In this document: positions 42,310-43,809 of the stretch, one piece after another
Position numbering within the stretch: the first letter of the stretch is position 1
Layout: every line of letters starts with the position of its first letter
From: an uncultured bacterium
GTDB lineage: Bacteria > Latescibacterota > MVCY01
DNA: 43,809 nt
NCBI GenBank assembly: GCA_964595705.1
Contig: CAZQSC010000001.1
Coordinates: 1-43,809, forward strand
Reading direction: 5' to 3'
The notes under the pieces: model-generated
What the model was told of the DNA's origin: nothing
The model's input: the letters and a program-made list of their open reading frames with translations, nothing else
The model's database searches: none
Made by a program: the position numbers and the translations under genes

Positions 42310-42338
42310 TTGACAGCGAAAGAAAAGATACATATCTT
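42310..42338 (+). promoter_or_regulatory. candidate sigma-70 promoter of the LacI-family gene
   Basis: TTGACA (42310-42315), a 17-nt spacer, then TATCTT (42333-42338). Confidence 0.35.
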
Positions 42339-42360
42339 TCGGTTTTATTAAAACGGTTGC

Positions 42361-42372
42361 GTAAACGCTTAC
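42361..42372 (+). promoter_or_regulatory. candidate LacI-family operator half-palindrome pair
   Basis: GTAAACGCTTAC is symmetric at 10 of 12 positions around a central CG. It resembles the TGxAAxCGxTTxCA-type operators of LacI/CcpA regulators. It lies between the putative -10 box and the lacI-family start codon. Confidence 0.45.
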
Positions 42373-42391
42373 TTCCGCGTCAGAGAGAATT

Positions 42392-43399
42392 ATGTCTACC
42401 ATTAAAGATGTCGCCCGGAAGGCCGGGGTCTCCACGGCCACTGTCTCTCACGTGGTTAACAGGACCAGATTTGTAAGCCAGGAGCTTCAACAGAGGGTCT
42501 GGCAGGCGATAGAGGAGCTTGGCTATCGGCCAAACTTGTTTGCCCGGGCACTGGTGACGAAAAGGTCTGGAACACTGGCCCTGCTTATCGACGATATCCT
42601 CAATCCCTTTTTCTCGGAGATCGCTCTGGCAGCTATGCAACGGGCCAAGCAATTTGGCTACCGGATTCTTGTTTGCAACACCAGGGGCAACCAAGAAGAG
42701 AAAGAAGGATTCTTCAACTCCTTTCATCAGGGTTATGTAGATGGGGTGATCTCCATGATCGACGTAGAAGAGCCCTTGATGCAATCCTTGGTCGCTGACG
42801 GAGTGCCGCTTGTTCTCTCCGGACAGACTAAGCAAAAAAGCCGACTTGTCCGTTCTATCATTGTGGATTTTGCTAAGGGGGCCTTTGAGGCCACGCAGTA
42901 TCTCATTAGTCTGGGACACAGAAGGATCTGCTTCATCCCTGGGCCGTTGACCTCTACGGCCGACCGCGAAAAACTCGAGGGCTACAAACAAGCATTGGAG
43001 ACCTCTTCCATTCCCTTTGCCGCGGATTTGGTTGTGGAGAGCAACGCCCAGTTGCAAGGAGGTTATGAGGTTACCCTGGCCCTTCTGGCAAGGGAACAAC
43101 CTCCTACGGCTATCTTCACCTCCAGTGACCTTCTGGCCCTTGGAGCCCTCAGAGCAGTGCTGGACAAGAGGATGAGAGTGCCAGAGGAGATCTCCATCGC
43201 CGGCTACGACGACATCGAGGTCTCCAAATACGCAGAACTTCCCCTCACCACGGTTCACCTTCCCAAATACGAGATAGGAAGCACAGCTGTAGATCTTATG
43301 GTCAAGGTTCTGCAGGGCAAGAGGACCAACCGGAGCATTTCGTTTTCACCTCGATTAGTGATTCGACGTTCCACAGGGCCAGTAGAAAGTATTGGATAG
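42392..43399 (+). CDS. LacI-family transcriptional regulator
   Basis: MSTIKDVARKAGVSTATVSHVVN (HTH), followed by a periplasmic-binding-protein-like sugar-binding core. Confidence 0.9.
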   Translation: MSTIKDVARKAGVSTATVSHVVNRTRFVSQELQQRVWQAIEELGYRPNLFARALVTKRSGTLALLIDDILNPFFSEIALAAMQRAKQFGYRILVCNTRGNQEEKEGFFNSFHQGYVDGVISMIDVEEPLMQSLVADGVPLVLSGQTKQKSRLVRSIIVDFAKGAFEATQYLISLGHRRICFIPGPLTSTADREKLEGYKQALETSSIPFAADLVVESNAQLQGGYEVTLALLAREQPPTAIFTSSDLLALGALRAVLDKRMRVPEEISIAGYDDIEVSKYAELPLTTVHLPKYEIGSTAVDLMVKVLQGKRTNRSISFSPRLVIRRSTGPVESIG

Positions 43400-43410
43400 A
43401 GTGGAAGAAA

Positions 43411-43425
43411 TTGATTTTAAATCAA
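43411..43425. repeat. perfect AT-rich palindrome directly after the LacI-family gene
   Basis: TTGATTT-T-AAATCAA has 7-bp arms. It lies 12 nt after the stop, at the start of a markedly AT-rich 340-bp spacer. Confidence 0.6.
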
Positions 43426-43740
43426 GATTAGGCAATATAGTATTACCAATCAAATTTTTGTTTTTTGGAGCAAAATTATCTTACCAATTCAAAAGTCAAA
43501 TATCAAAATTGCATTGTAAAATCCAAAATCATTTTCTCCTCAGAATATAAAATCGGTAAGTTGCTGATCCTGTTGCAGACCATAGATTCTTAAGACAAAA
43601 ATATAGTCTCAAATCGCGGTTTGTGGTGGTGTTTGTATATCTCAGCATGATGAGGAAATTTTTGAATTTTCATTTGCAGTTTTACTGCGCTGGGTTATAT
43701 AGCACCAACAGCGTTCCCTCAAAGGAAAAGAGGTTTAAAA

Positions 43741-43809
43741 ATGGCTTTGGGTATAGGGATCATTGGATGCGGGGCAATCAGCAAATTTCACCTCGAAGGC
43801 TACCGAAAA
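43741..43809 (+). CDS. Gfo/Idh/MocA-family oxidoreductase, N-terminal fragment (runs off the window)
   Basis: MALGIGIIGCGAISKFHLEGYRK is the typical Rossmann N-terminus (GxGxxG/A) of this family. A purine-rich SD-like AAGAGG lies upstream. Confidence 0.6.
   Translation, partial: MALGIGIIGCGAISKFHLEGYRK

Noticed and set aside
1-43809. Mobile elements, prophage, defence islands, and rRNA or tRNA genes.
   Set aside because: I saw no integrase, transposase or recombinase-like ORFs. I found no long terminal inverted repeats, tRNA T-arm consensus or rRNA-like stretches. The window looks like core chromosome.

Overview
This 43.8-kb chromosomal segment looks like it comes from an uncultured, anaerobic, outer-membrane-bearing (diderm) bacterium; I cannot assign a phylum. 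I saw no rRNA or tRNA genes, CRISPR arrays, transposases, integrases or phage genes. All family calls come from motif recognition by eye, with no database search.

Gene content:
- 1-14 kb (+): the 3' end of a corrinoid-protein gene. It is followed by an operon of a PaaK-type aryl-acid CoA ligase, an amidohydrolase, an ACT protein, a porin-like outer-membrane protein (OMP) and a LivKHMGF-type ABC importer. Then come an M23 peptidase and a second PaaK gene translationally coupled to an aminotransferase.
- 14-18.7 kb: an Mth938-like protein, a PflX-type radical SAM enzyme, a TIM-barrel protein, purM, a VanZ-like protein and a DUF3467 protein.
- 18.9-27 kb (-): an envelope block. It holds a GldA/F/G-like ABC-2 transporter plus DUF4340, then a small OMP, an extremely Tyr/Trp-rich lipoprotein and a FadL/PorV-like barrel. 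This is my best candidate for an undescribed system.
- 27-36.6 kb (-): an aconitase-family large subunit overlapping a LeuA/NifV/Re-citrate-synthase-like enzyme that carries a C-terminal Cache-like domain. Then panB, a LOG-family protein, a sigma-54 activator, hisS and ccdA.
- 36.6-37.3 kb: a 690-bp intergenic region with a cluster of DnaA boxes, which may be an oriC.
- 37.3-43.8 kb (+): rsmI, a CDP-alcohol phosphatidyltransferase next to an inositol-phosphate synthase, tmk, an FmdB zinc ribbon protein, a URO-D-like protein, a LacI regulator and the start of a Gfo/Idh/MocA gene.

At nucleotide level, the most striking signal is a dispersed family of short intergenic elements built from 7-nt tandem units (TCATTRG/CYRATGA and YTGGTGA/TCACCRG). 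I found at least six copies. One supplies a gene's stop codon, and one sits in frame between an ATG and the conserved N-terminus of the radical SAM gene.
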